The translations under genes and the position numbers were made by a program. Below, piece by piece: positions 12,539 through 22,156 of a stretch of DNA of 64,000 nucleotides. The notes beneath the pieces are model-generated. The model ran no database searches, was not told where the DNA came from, and worked only from the letters and a program-made list of their open reading frames with translations. The stretch lies in the IMG/VR virus record IMGVR_UViG_3300042945_002791; one strand, 5' to 3'. Within the stretch, counting starts at the first letter, position 1, and every line of letters starts with the position of its first letter. Source of the DNA: a virus.

Positions 12539-12920
12539 TCACACCGGGCTTTCTTTAGTTGCTCCAGCAACCCAATACTCTATTCTCCCATATTTTCCGT
12601 CTCATTGGAAGTACAGCGTCAACTAAATAAACTGTATTAGGATCTGAATGGCCTGGTATGTTTTCATAGATTCTGTCTCCGATTCTTGGATTGATAGTTG
12701 AATCAAAATAATATATTATCTCAAAACCATCAGCGCTTGTTCCTTCTGCTGTTTCTCTGAGAAGATTAGCTAATTCAGAATTTGCTGGATACATATGTCT
12801 TGTTGTAACTCTTTCAAATTTAGATGAATAATTAAAATCATTATCTAATCTTCTTTGGATCAAAACATCATGACCCCATTTTTTTAATATGTTTCTAAAA
12901 GTTCTATTAAGATTAGTCAC
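12539..12920 (-). CDS. Head-closure/neck protein (~126 aa; +1 shift at CGG 12597-12599)
   Basis: The shift gives the C-terminus PMR-G-KYGRIEYWVAGATKESPV*, whose stop lies 1 nt before the next ATG (TGA-G-ATG). Confidence 0.6.
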
Positions 12921-13810
12921 GACTTCTTAGACCTCTTTTAGGCATAGGGTCGTCTACGTTTGTGTTTTTTCTTCCTGGTCCAAGAAGATCCCTATCTCTA
13001 AGATAAACAACAAGACCTGTTTCTGGGTCTATTGACTTTCCTGTAGTTGGAATAAAATCTGCTGGAAGACCTTTTGGTTGGACGCCTTTTATTCCGGTAA
13101 TCTTTGCTAACATTTCTTTTCTTAATGCCGCTGCCATTTGACACCAAGTTGTTGCATTACCCCTGTTTACTGTTCCCCTTGGAAGTGATCTATTGGTAAC
13201 ACTTAAATCTCCCAATCTAATCTGCAATTCATCGTCACCACCAAGGCCATATATTCTACTTAAATCGCACGCCACAGAAGCTTTAATATACTCAAGGGCT
13301 ACATAGGGCATGTTTGCCGCATCATTATCTGACTTAAACGAATATATTTGTTTAACTTCATTTGAGTAATGATGAATTAATTCCCCAGCTTCTATTAAAG
13401 AAGATTCTGGAAAAATTGATAGAATTTCTTCGGGATCTAAGTATAAAGGATCTACATCTGGCGCAAATAATATAACCTCATCTGCACCGAGTGTTACAGA
13501 TGGTTCATATTGACTGTCTGGATCACTAACATATAATGTCTGAGTCACAATTATCTGACTTGAGTTTGCAAGCACTCCTGTGAACGTAACCGTATATTCA
13601 CCAGCTTCTGATGGGGTAAAATCATAGTAATATTCAGACGAAGATATAGATGATGCTGTTGTACTGACCACTTGCGTTTCAGCAGAGTCTTTTACAATAA
13701 CATATACAGAAGTTGGACTAACCTCTTCTTGATCCCCGTGTTAATGGGTCTATATCAATAAACTTTACTTTAATTCTTACTGTGTCATTGACCAAAACGG
13801 AATTGGACAT
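12913..13810 (-). CDS. Head-tail adaptor with N-terminal Ig-like region (~298 aa; +1 shift at CGG 13736-13738)
   Basis: ATG 13810 has a GGAG RBS and the promoter motif. MSNSVLVNDTVRIKVKFIDIDPLT-G-DQEEV... runs into ORF 12913-13671; IRLGDLSV adaptor-like motif. Confidence 0.6.
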
Positions 13811-13862
13811 ATTGTCTCCAATTTAAATAAAAAAACTATATTTATAGTACTAGTATGTAGTT

Positions 13863-14159
13863 TTAATTCAAATACTCAATATAAGTCGTGGCTGATGGCC
13901 TTGACTGAGTTGCTGAATACGTAGTAGCTGATGGTTTTGACTGAGTTGTCTCTATGACAACTATACTACTTGAAACATAATCTATCGAAACAACACCAAC
14001 TGTTGAATAGTTATTGTGGTCTATCTCTGACACAAAAACTACCCCTGGAATACCTGCAGAAATAGGACTGGATACCGTTGGTATTCCCAGTTCAAGTCCA
14101 CCAGAATATGAAACGCCACTTTGGGAATATGAAAATAGATCATCGTATAACATAATCAA
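13863..14159 (-). CDS. Hypothetical virion-associated protein
   Basis: 98 aa ORF with a duplicated C-terminal motif TQS(K/R)PSATTY. Confidence 0.5.
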   Translation of the reverse strand: MIMLYDDLFSYSQSGVSYSGGLELGIPTVSSPISAGIPGVVFVSEIDHNNYSTVGVVSIDYVSSSIVVIETTQSKPSATTYSATQSRPSATTYIEYLN

Positions 14160-14209
14160 AACCCTTACTTTTTAAGTATAGTAGCGGAAAATCTTATATA
14201 ATAATTTAT

Positions 14210-14986
14210 TTAATTAATGTCTTTAATAAGGTCTTTCATCCAGATTTTATACTCGCTTTCCCCTCCAACCACTTCGCCACCATCAAAAGATGTTCCATAG
14301 CATGCCATAGTTAAGAATGCATAACGCTCACCTTCTAAGACCGGCAGAACCTCGTGTCTGCCGATATAGTTTGAAGGATATATAGCTGCAGAACCATGTT
14401 TTGGTTTCCACTGATATGGAATATTTGGGAAGTTTAATTCTCCACCAACATATTTACTAAGCTCATTATTCTGTAATTGTTCAACACTATTGTTTAGATA
14501 CAGGTTAATGCTAACACTGCTGTGCATTGAGACTTGGCTGCCTGTTTTTTGCCCCCACTCAAAAGGAACTTGATTATCACAATGCGGACCTATACTCTGA
14601 TCCTTGCAGTAGCCAGCTATATGACCTATTGGCCTCCACCAACAAGTTGTTGCTGCATCTCTAAAAATCTTGCAATACTCAACTAAACCTTTGTATGCGC
14701 TATCCTCTAGGTAGTCTATAATTTCTATATATTCTTGATTTGGTTTGTCTTGCCTATTTTTTCCTTTGACATCCAAAAACCTTTGTGGTGCGTATTTAAT
14801 GTCTTTAGCCTCAAAAATAAAACCTGTTTTATTTTTTGCGTACTCTTTATCATTTTCGGTATAGTACTCAAAAGTATTTTCTGGGGCACGTTTTAACCAA
14901 TTAAGATAATTTTCCAATATATCATCATCTATACTGAATAACTCATCTATTATAACTACCCCCATTCCTACATGGCTTACTTTCAT
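14210..14986 (-). CDS. Fe(II)/2OG oxygenase, prolyl-4-hydroxylase-like
   Basis: HCD...YLN...GGELNF...H-EV..GERY facial triad and 2OG-binding Arg. Confidence 0.85.
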   Translation of the reverse strand: MKVSHVGMGVVIIDELFSIDDDILENYLNWLKRAPENTFEYYTENDKEYAKNKTGFIFEAKDIKYAPQRFLDVKGKNRQDKPNQEYIEIIDYLEDSAYKGLVEYCKIFRDAATTCWWRPIGHIAGYCKDQSIGPHCDNQVPFEWGQKTGSQVSMHSSVSINLYLNNSVEQLQNNELSKYVGGELNFPNIPYQWKPKHGSAAIYPSNYIGRHEVLPVLEGERYAFLTMACYGTSFDGGEVVGGESEYKIWMKDLIKDIN

Positions 14987-14998
14987 TTTTGCTATTCC

Positions 14999-15880
14999 TT
15001 AATAGTTTGATTTAGTAATATTATATTGATAAGAATCCTGTTGATAACCTTCTCTTAAAAGGTGCTGCTGAAAATCCTGCCTTAGGCTTGGCATGTAGAC
15101 GTTTGTTGCTTTTTTTGCTAATTCTGGATTCTTTATTGGATCTGCAACATATTCGTGAACATTTGGATTAGGAGTTCCCTGGCTATACCATCCCAAATAA
15201 CTATACCTAAGCCCTTCTATAACTGGAAGAACTTCATGTGCTGCCATATAGTTTGATGGAAAAAATAAAATGTCCCCCTTTTTTGGCTTATATGTTATAT
15301 CTAAATAATTGAAATAATGATGTCCGCCAATGTAATTATTGAATTTAAGATCTTGCATTTCTTCTACTGAATCATTAAAATAAACTAATGAAGTCACTAC
15401 ATTTCTTAGTGCTAACTGATCCTTGGGTTCCAATATGTCATATATGTAATCTGCACTAATGTCAGAATGGGAACCCAGATAGACCCCTTTGCGATATTGT
15501 AGTATATGACCTTTAACTTTCCACCAAACACATTTATATGCTAAAGGAAAAATTTCAAAATACTGCAGTAGGCATTTATCTTTTGCTTCTTCTATAAAGT
15601 TCAATGTGCTTTGAAGATCTTCGTCGTCCTTGTTGTGTATTGCGCCAGCTCTTTTCGGCATTAGGTCTATTGATTCTTTTTTGAAGAAGTATCCGCTTTT
15701 ATTTATGTATATCTCTTCACCATTTTCTGGATCAATTGCAGACTCATACATATTGCCCCACTCTTCTTCAATAAGATCTTGCGACTTGCTAATTAATAAG
15801 TCCCAATCTAATTCCAGAGCATTTTCAAACAAAACAACACCACCGCCCAAGTGTTTTGGCTGAACTTTATTAAAAATCAT
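14999..15880 (-). CDS. Fe(II)/2OG oxygenase, prolyl-4-hydroxylase-like
   Basis: HSD...YFND...GG...HEV..GLRY; start moved to ATG 15880 (GGAG RBS). Confidence 0.85.
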   Translation of the reverse strand: MIFNKVQPKHLGGGVVLFENALELDWDLLISKSQDLIEEEWGNMYESAIDPENGEEIYINKSGYFFKKESIDLMPKRAGAIHNKDDEDLQSTLNFIEEAKDKCLLQYFEIFPLAYKCVWWKVKGHILQYRKGVYLGSHSDISADYIYDILEPKDQLALRNVVTSLVYFNDSVEEMQDLKFNNYIGGHHYFNYLDITYKPKKGDILFFPSNYMAAHEVLPVIEGLRYSYLGWYSQGTPNPNVHEYVADPIKNPELAKKATNVYMPSLRQDFQQHLLREGYQQDSYQYNITKSNY

Positions 15881-15958
15881 ATTTCTATTAACTCCATATT
15901 TATATTTTTTCTTGTTACAATTTGCCAAAGTCAATTTTTACATGATACAGTATATCTC

Positions 15959-16591
15959 ATGGTCATGCAAAGTAATCAAAAAATAGCGAGAGTCGCAGAA
16001 GATATATACCAAATAAAAAACTACTTTATGGAAGAATCTTTCCGTTTGTTGTATTTAGATGTTTTGTCAAAAGTAAATGAATCTACGGAAAATCAAAATA
16101 TATCATATCAAGAAATTAATTTGGAAAGCTATCCTGAATATAAAAACGATAATTTAATTAAAAACGCAATCAAAGTACCTTCTGGTAGTGTTGATTTTAT
16201 AGATCCATACAAGACTGATTTTTTAAATAAAACCAGAGAAAATTTATCTTTAATATATAAAACTGAAATATGCCAAGAAAAAGACGCTAGTGTAGTTATA
16301 TTCTTTCCTGGAGAAGCGATACGCACGCATTGGGATGGAAGTGTAGATGTGCCCACTTATAGCGGCCATCCGCATAGAGATTATAGTAGTGTATTTTATT
16401 TTAATGAAGATTTTGAAGGTGGACTCTTACATTTTATAGAGCTTGATATAAAAATAAAACCTGAGCCAAATATGCTATTAGTATTTCCCACCTCAGTACG
16501 CTACATGCATCGTGTTGAAGAGGTTACTTCTGGAATAAGAATGATGAGTCCGTCTTTTTGGTGTATAGATAAAAAAGACACAATTGACTAA
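15959..16591 (+). CDS. Fe(II)/2OG oxygenase, prolyl-4-hydroxylase-like
   Basis: HWD...YFNEDFEGG...HRV..GIR; start at 15959 or 15965 avoids overlap with the divergent gene. Confidence 0.85.
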   Translation: MVMQSNQKIARVAEDIYQIKNYFMEESFRLLYLDVLSKVNESTENQNISYQEINLESYPEYKNDNLIKNAIKVPSGSVDFIDPYKTDFLNKTRENLSLIYKTEICQEKDASVVIFFPGEAIRTHWDGSVDVPTYSGHPHRDYSSVFYFNEDFEGGLLHFIELDIKIKPEPNMLLVFPTSVRYMHRVEEVTSGIRMMSPSFWCIDKKDTID

Positions 16592-16596
16592 AGAAA

Positions 16597-17385
16597 CTAT
16601 TCTTTATTTAATTCTTGCATTTTTAATACATCTTCCCTTATGTTAGGCAGCCATTCAAGGTGGTCCCCTTTGCCAGGTGTTCCGTCCCCATTTTTTGGTA
16701 TACCATAGGCAAAAAACTCTAAAAAAACGTATCGTGAACCTTTTGTTACTGGAGTTACTTCGTGTGTTCCAATATAACTAGATGGGTAGACAACTGCACT
16801 ACCAGCTTTTGGAACATAGTCAACACCCGCATATTTAAATATTATATGTCCACCAGTAAAATTATCTCCATTAAGCTCATGCTCACTATCTACGCAGTTA
16901 TTGAGATATAGAGCGCCACTAAGTGTGTTATGAATAGGAAATTCATTTTTTGGTAACTCGTCAAAATCAAATTGAATTGTATCATCGCAATGGGGGCCTA
17001 TGTGTCTGCCATCATTATATCCTGCTATATGACCGCTAGTTTTCCACCATATAGAAGGCGTAACTTCAGGATAGAGCAGACAGTATTGTAGTACACATCT
17101 ATACAGTCCGTCTGTGCATGCTTTCATAAAATCTTTTTGTTTTTGAGTAAGCGTTCTGCCATGTGTGGAAAATCTTCTTGGAGTTTTTGGTATTTCGTTT
17201 AATTGAAATTTAAAATTTGTCTTATTTACTGCAGAGGTTGTGCCATCTTCTTCTATGTAGGTAAAAGTGTCTTCTTTTTCTTGCTTTAGCCATAAAACGT
17301 ATTCTTTCAAAAATGCTTGATCTACATCAATGACATTATCAAATGAAACTACTCCGCCGCCATGGTTATGATATTTTATTGACAT
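16597..17385 (-). CDS. Fe(II)/2OG oxygenase, prolyl-4-hydroxylase-like
   Basis: HCD...YLNN...GG...HEV..GSRY; paralogue of 14210, 14999 and 17366 (shared WW(K/R)..GH segment). Confidence 0.85.
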   Translation of the reverse strand: MSIKYHNHGGGVVSFDNVIDVDQAFLKEYVLWLKQEKEDTFTYIEEDGTTSAVNKTNFKFQLNEIPKTPRRFSTHGRTLTQKQKDFMKACTDGLYRCVLQYCLLYPEVTPSIWWKTSGHIAGYNDGRHIGPHCDDTIQFDFDELPKNEFPIHNTLSGALYLNNCVDSEHELNGDNFTGGHIIFKYAGVDYVPKAGSAVVYPSSYIGTHEVTPVTKGSRYVFLEFFAYGIPKNGDGTPGKGDHLEWLPNIREDVLKMQELNKE

Positions 17386-18472
17386 ATTGTATATTTACCT
17401 CTGGCTGACCGTCACATGCTTTACCAGTCATTTGTTCATTGTTTGATTTTTCTACAAACTCTACATTTGATGTTTCCGCATATTGCGTAACGTTTCTTAC
17501 TTGATAAATAGGATTCCATCCCATTTCAACGCCACTTTTTTGAGCATTGTGCTCACTGTACATTGAAAATGGCGATTTACAATACATTTCATAATCATCA
17601 TAAATGTTGTCCATCCAAACTGGGGGACACCACTCAAAACTTTGATCTGCTTCTGATATTAAAATGTTTGTTTGAGCCTCGCTTGCACCTTGTCCGAAGA
17701 ATGTAAGATATGTGTATCTCACTCCGTCTCCCATTTTTTCAACTTCATGTGCAGCTAAATAATTTGTTGGGAAAAATATTATGTCACCTTTTTGTGGTTT
17801 ATATGAAACATTGAGGTGGACAAACTTTAGATGTCCACCCATAAAATTCTTTTCATTTAATTCTTCTTTTGATTCAACACAATCATTAAAATACACTAAT
17901 GCACCGCATGTTTGTCTAGAGGCCATCATCCCCCTTGGCATATATCTAATCCCCTTGCTGACCTTATAGTTAGTGTCATTATCCGCATGGCAACCCAATA
18001 TTCCTCCGTCTGTATATCTAAGAATATGACCTCTTGTTTTCCACCAGATACTGCCCAACATTAGGGGATAATGGTCTATATACTTTATAAGTGATTTATA
18101 TATTTGATCTTCTAGGTAAATAAAAAACTCTTTTATTCTTTCTTCGGTATTGGGGTTTACTGGAGATAGAATTCTTACTGGAGTATATGGAACGTCTTTT
18201 TCATTATACTTGAATCCATCTTCATTAATTCCATATTTCTCACCATCTTCCCCCGTTACCCATGTCCATCTACCTCTGTGTGCAGCTTCTGCTTCTGAGT
18301 CTATGTAATCTAAAACCAAATTTTGATCCATTTGAAAAGCGTTTCTAAAAACAACTATTCCTGGAGCCATAACTATGGTCTCAAGATCTCCTATTTCTTT
18401 AAGCTCTGTTTCCCCTATCGTGGGCGAAACGGGATACGGAGTTGTGCTACGTCTTTGATCATTTTCGTTCAT
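17366..18472 (-). CDS. Fe(II)/2OG oxygenase, prolyl-4-hydroxylase-like
   Basis: HAD...YFND...GGHLKF...HEV..GVRY. Confidence 0.85.
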   Translation of the reverse strand: MNENDQRRSTTPYPVSPTIGETELKEIGDLETIVMAPGIVVFRNAFQMDQNLVLDYIDSEAEAAHRGRWTWVTGEDGEKYGINEDGFKYNEKDVPYTPVRILSPVNPNTEERIKEFFIYLEDQIYKSLIKYIDHYPLMLGSIWWKTRGHILRYTDGGILGCHADNDTNYKVSKGIRYMPRGMMASRQTCGALVYFNDCVESKEELNEKNFMGGHLKFVHLNVSYKPQKGDIIFFPTNYLAAHEVEKMGDGVRYTYLTFFGQGASEAQTNILISEADQSFEWCPPVWMDNIYDDYEMYCKSPFSMYSEHNAQKSGVEMGWNPIYQVRNVTQYAETSNVEFVEKSNNEQMTGKACDGQPEVNIQYVNKIS

Positions 18473-19089
18473 CCCAATACCTCATCTATTGCTTCTCTTA
18501 TTGTCCATCCTGCGCCCATTACCCTAGGCTCTTCATCTAGTGGCATGTCTTGCCAATTGAATCTAGCTAACATTATACCATCTTTAGAAACTAGAAATTT
18601 TTCATAATTATTAGATATTCTTGCTATTGCTTGACCCGCTAGGTTTTGACCTTCAGCAGCAGATTGAGATGCATCTGCTTTTGAGTCTGAATAAGATCTT
18701 TTTTCTGCTCCTTTTAAAAAAGAGTATAGTTCATGTTCATTTTTGCCATTTACTTCTATTTTTTGTCCAATTGGAAATGTTACAAATGGATAATTTTTCT
18801 TAATAAAAGAACTAATTTCTCCGTCAGATAGTGGATCCATTTTTCCAAACTGATTACATGGAAATGCAATAACCGAAAAACCCCTATCCATAAACTCCCT
18901 ATGAACTGATTCCAGCTGCCATAACTGCCTAGAAGTTCTTGCATATGACCACAAATTTGAGCACTTGGGAGAATACCCAGCTTTACTAGCTATGTTTACT
19001 ATTAAAGTTGTTTTTCCTTTAAATTGACTCAAGAAACCATTCTCACCATCAAGGCTTTTAATTTCTGCGTCGTAAGCTGATAATATCAT
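18469..19089 (-). CDS. Glutathione peroxidase-family protein (atypical active site)
   Basis: LIVNIASK, AFPCNQFG, KIEVNG, YEKFLV motifs; the canonical peroxidatic Cys position is Ala. Confidence 0.8.
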   Translation of the reverse strand: MILSAYDAEIKSLDGENGFLSQFKGKTTLIVNIASKAGYSPKCSNLWSYARTSRQLWQLESVHREFMDRGFSVIAFPCNQFGKMDPLSDGEISSFIKKNYPFVTFPIGQKIEVNGKNEHELYSFLKGAEKRSYSDSKADASQSAAEGQNLAGQAIARISNNYEKFLVSKDGIMLARFNWQDMPLDEEPRVMGAGWTIREAIDEVLG

Positions 19090-19373
19090 CTAGTTCCCCT
19101 AAAATTAAGCTGCAAGTAATCGTCTATGGTAATTGAACCTTCAATATTCTCATCTTTTAGATAACCACTAACTAACAATCTACAATATATTGGGGTATCT
19201 AATTTTTTTTGAAGGAAAAAACTATCCCCTGTATAAGACACTATATCTGCAAAAACATCACCAGTGTGGTGCTTAAATAGCGCAGTGTCGTTATTTAAGA
19301 TAATATCATATGACTCTTCTCCAAATGGAGTTTCAACTAAACACTTCCATGGTCCATACATAAAAAAATCCAT
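19086..19373 (-). CDS. Hypothetical protein
   Basis: 95 aa ORF translationally coupled to the GPx gene (ATGA overlap). Confidence 0.5.
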   Translation of the reverse strand: MDFFMYGPWKCLVETPFGEESYDIILNNDTALFKHHTGDVFADIVSYTGDSFFLQKKLDTPIYCRLLVSGYLKDENIEGSITIDDYLQLNFRGTR

Positions 19374-19390
19374 TCTATAGTTTACTGTTA

Positions 19391-19996
19391 TTATACATCA
19401 TATGCCGACCAATCTGGAACGACTTTTGTATTTGGATTGATTGGAGAAAAGTTTGCACTTACAACCACCCTAGGAATGGGTGAATTATGCCTATCTGTCA
19501 TGTGTGGAATAAATGAATTAAATATCAGTAACATGCCTGTCTCTGGCTTAATGCTACTTATAGAATCTATTTGGCTAAATGCAGTTGTATGAAATAAAAG
19601 ATTTGCGCTTCCATTTGGAGCGCTAGGATAGTATGCTACTGAATAATAATCAATAGGATGTAAGTGGGAATTTGATTTATGACTATGGTATGAAACTGAT
19701 TGACCTTTGTTCAGTGTTAGTGTCCATATAGATTCTATTTTCATTTTTTTATTTAAAACTTCATCAACTTTATTTGAAATTATTAGTTTTAATTTTTCAC
19801 ATTCTTTTGTTTTTGGATATTTTCTATCTTCATAGTGGGTGTGATTATGTGTTTTTAAATATGAATCTTTAAATTTTTTATCTATTTCTTCTGAATAGTC
19901 GTTGATTTCAGAAATAATTTTTTCATTATCTACGTCTTTAATCGGGCATGCAAATACGTCGATATTAATTAGATTATGCTTAAAAATACTATTCAT
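19391..19996 (-). CDS. Putative Fe(II)/2OG oxygenase (HxH type)
   Basis: IW...YHSH...YSVAYY...LLIFNSFIPH...RVVVSAN pattern typical of phage 2OG oxygenases. Confidence 0.75.
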   Translation of the reverse strand: MNSIFKHNLINIDVFACPIKDVDNEKIISEINDYSEEIDKKFKDSYLKTHNHTHYEDRKYPKTKECEKLKLIISNKVDEVLNKKMKIESIWTLTLNKGQSVSYHSHKSNSHLHPIDYYSVAYYPSAPNGSANLLFHTTAFSQIDSISSIKPETGMLLIFNSFIPHMTDRHNSPIPRVVVSANFSPINPNTKVVPDWSAYDV

Positions 19997-20660
19997 GATA
20001 AAAGGTTCCTAACTCCAGAGCTAAAGGTGGATTATCTTTATGCCAAACGTTTGTAACCATGACTTGTCTAATTCCTGACTTTGCTGCGGTAGCATTATGT
20101 ACTACATGCCCAGAGTCGAATATTACTAATCTATTTCCTTTATATGCTATACGTTCTCTCTCATTAATCTCAACTATATAATGTTGCATGCTATCGTGTT
20201 CAAGAGCATTGTGTGTTTTTTCTTTTATTGATCTATTGTGTATTTCTAAGAATCCTCCATTTGGATTATCTTTACCGTAATAAACTGATCCAGATATTGG
20301 CCCAGAAAACACTTTTTCTTTTTCGTACAAAAATGTATCTTCGTCAACATGATAGCTCAAGTACTGACCTGCCTTAAATGTTCTAGTCCAATACTCTATT
20401 CCAAGTATGTCATCCAATGGATAATTTATATTATTTTCCCAAATCTTTTGAACAACTTTCTTTTTTAATGTGTTCGCAGGAGATCTCCACCATCCATCCC
20501 AAAACATATATGGTGCATAGCAATCTGATTTTTCATAATGGTAACTATTTACTTGCCCAGCTACTCTGTCTGAATCACCCATTGAAGCAGGAAAAAAATT
20601 GCAGTCATTTAAAACATCGTAATAAAGTTGTTTGTCTAAGAAATTATCTTTTACTATCAT
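19989..20660 (-). CDS. Fe(II)/2OG oxygenase
   Basis: GIEYW...YHVDED...GG.LEI...NRLVIFD...H...R. Confidence 0.8.
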   Translation of the reverse strand: MIVKDNFLDKQLYYDVLNDCNFFPASMGDSDRVAGQVNSYHYEKSDCYAPYMFWDGWWRSPANTLKKKVVQKIWENNINYPLDDILGIEYWTRTFKAGQYLSYHVDEDTFLYEKEKVFSGPISGSVYYGKDNPNGGFLEIHNRSIKEKTHNALEHDSMQHYIVEINERERIAYKGNRLVIFDSGHVVHNATAAKSGIRQVMVTNVWHKDNPPLALELGTFYHE

Positions 20661-21433
20661 TTTTTAATAATAACACAAAAACCTGACGTTGTTCCAACGT
20701 GATACGCGTAGCAATTATCTAATGTTCTAATTGTTTCATTTATATCAAAATGTGGATGATCCATTTTATTTTCGTCAAACTCTTCACCATTGGCATAGTA
20801 GGAAAAATGATCATTTATATTAATTAATATAATTATTGAACCACTTTTCATGTTAGTAAATAAATTGCGAAGAATATCTACATCAACATAAGAAGCCAAA
20901 TCTGTTGCATCTGCATAAAGAACGTCAGTATCAGCTGGAACTTCTCCATTTAATAGTGTTTCTTTATTGAGAACTTGAAAAGGACACTCTTTCATTTCTA
21001 GGATATTTTCTGCTCTAAATAAGTTTTCATCATTTGGAACATAGACTTTTGTAAAACCAAAACTATTTAAATAATCATAACTCCAAGTATGCACTGGATT
21101 ACTAAAGATCGTTATAACAGAAGGCTTCATAAGGGTTAGTATCATTTCAATATTATTTGCCTGGCTTTCAATAGCAGCAAGGGCATAAGAGTTTTTTGGT
21201 TGATCCAGTTGAGAAGAATATGATATTACTTCGTGGGAATGCAAAAAACTTGGAGGCAAACCTATAGCCTGATTGGATCTATCTAATGAGAGATCATTTT
21301 TTTCATATTCAAATATTTTCTTACATCTCTCAGCAACTTCTTGACTGGGCATCATCTCATGAAATTTACTTTTCGAAAGCTTGTTTGCTTTTATTGCAAC
21401 TGAGATTGGACTAAAGCCGATATCACTAGACAT
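20657..21433 (-). CDS. Hypothetical protein, possibly methyltransferase-like fold
   Basis: DVLYAD...MKSGSIIIL..ND resembles the C-terminal half of class I methyltransferases; no clear GxGxG motif. Confidence 0.35.
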   Translation of the reverse strand: MSSDIGFSPISVAIKANKLSKSKFHEMMPSQEVAERCKKIFEYEKNDLSLDRSNQAIGLPPSFLHSHEVISYSSQLDQPKNSYALAAIESQANNIEMILTLMKPSVITIFSNPVHTWSYDYLNSFGFTKVYVPNDENLFRAENILEMKECPFQVLNKETLLNGEVPADTDVLYADATDLASYVDVDILRNLFTNMKSGSIIILININDHFSYYANGEEFDENKMDHPHFDINETIRTLDNCYAYHVGTTSGFCVIIKK

Positions 21434-21707
21434 TGTTTTCTCTATTCTTAATAGTTGCTAGACCATAAATTGTATATCTAGCTGCGTTAAAAATTCTTTT
21501 TCTATCTCTTATCAAAGCCTTTGTAGCATCGTACTCGATATTGCTTTCTACGGGAACTGCTGTAGCTGGATATAGTTCATTTAGTTTTATTCTAATTTCC
21601 CTAAATGTAACATCGTACACTCTTGACTGATCTATACCCAATAATGCTAGGATAGCAAGCATTGAGTTTTCTAATTGTTGTTTATGGTTTTGTTGGTTGT
21701 ATTTCAT
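21426..21707 (-). CDS. Small helical protein (paralogue family)
   Basis: LENSMLAILALLGID motif shared with 21897, 24912 and 25151. Confidence 0.55.
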   Translation of the reverse strand: MKYNQQNHKQQLENSMLAILALLGIDQSRVYDVTFREIRIKLNELYPATAVPVESNIEYDATKALIRDRKRIFNAARYTIYGLATIKNRENNV

Positions 21708-21709
21708 AT

Positions 21710-21907
21710 TTAATCAATTTCCTCATCACTAAATGAGTCTTTTCCAGTAAACATTGTATCATCTATTTCGTGAATATGACACTTATAAGTTGAACCATCT
21801 AGTAATATATGCCTTTGTTGTTGTATGTCAATTTCTTGAACTTCTCCATCTTCGTGTTCGACTACAAATTTATTTAAATAATTTTCATCGTATTCTTTAT
21901 TGGACAC
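21710..21907 (-). CDS. Small acidic hypothetical protein
   Basis: 65 aa ORF packed between its neighbours. Confidence 0.45.
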   Translation of the reverse strand: MSNKEYDENYLNKFVVEHEDGEVQEIDIQQQRHILLDGSTYKCHIHEIDDTMFTGKDSFSDEEID

Positions 21908-22130
21908 TATTTAAACTCTCTTTCATTTTTTTAAGAACTTGGTAATTTCTTTTTAAGGCTACATATATATTATGTCTAGAGCTTTGTGTAAAAGGAAGAA
22001 CTTCGGTAGTAAATGATTCTGGTATTTCTATTTGATCGATGTCCTCATTGTCTGGATCTATACCTAGCGCAATGGCGAGTTCATAAACTATACGCTCTTT
22101 TAATAAAATTGCCTTTTCTAATTGGGACAT
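21897..22130 (-). CDS. Small helical protein (paralogue family)
   Basis: RIVYELAIALGIDPD motif. Confidence 0.55.
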   Translation of the reverse strand: MSQLEKAILLKERIVYELAIALGIDPDNEDIDQIEIPESFTTEVLPFTQSSRHNIYVALKRNYQVLKKMKESLNSVQ

Positions 22131-22156
22131 TTTAAACCATTTTCCTTAAATACGCT

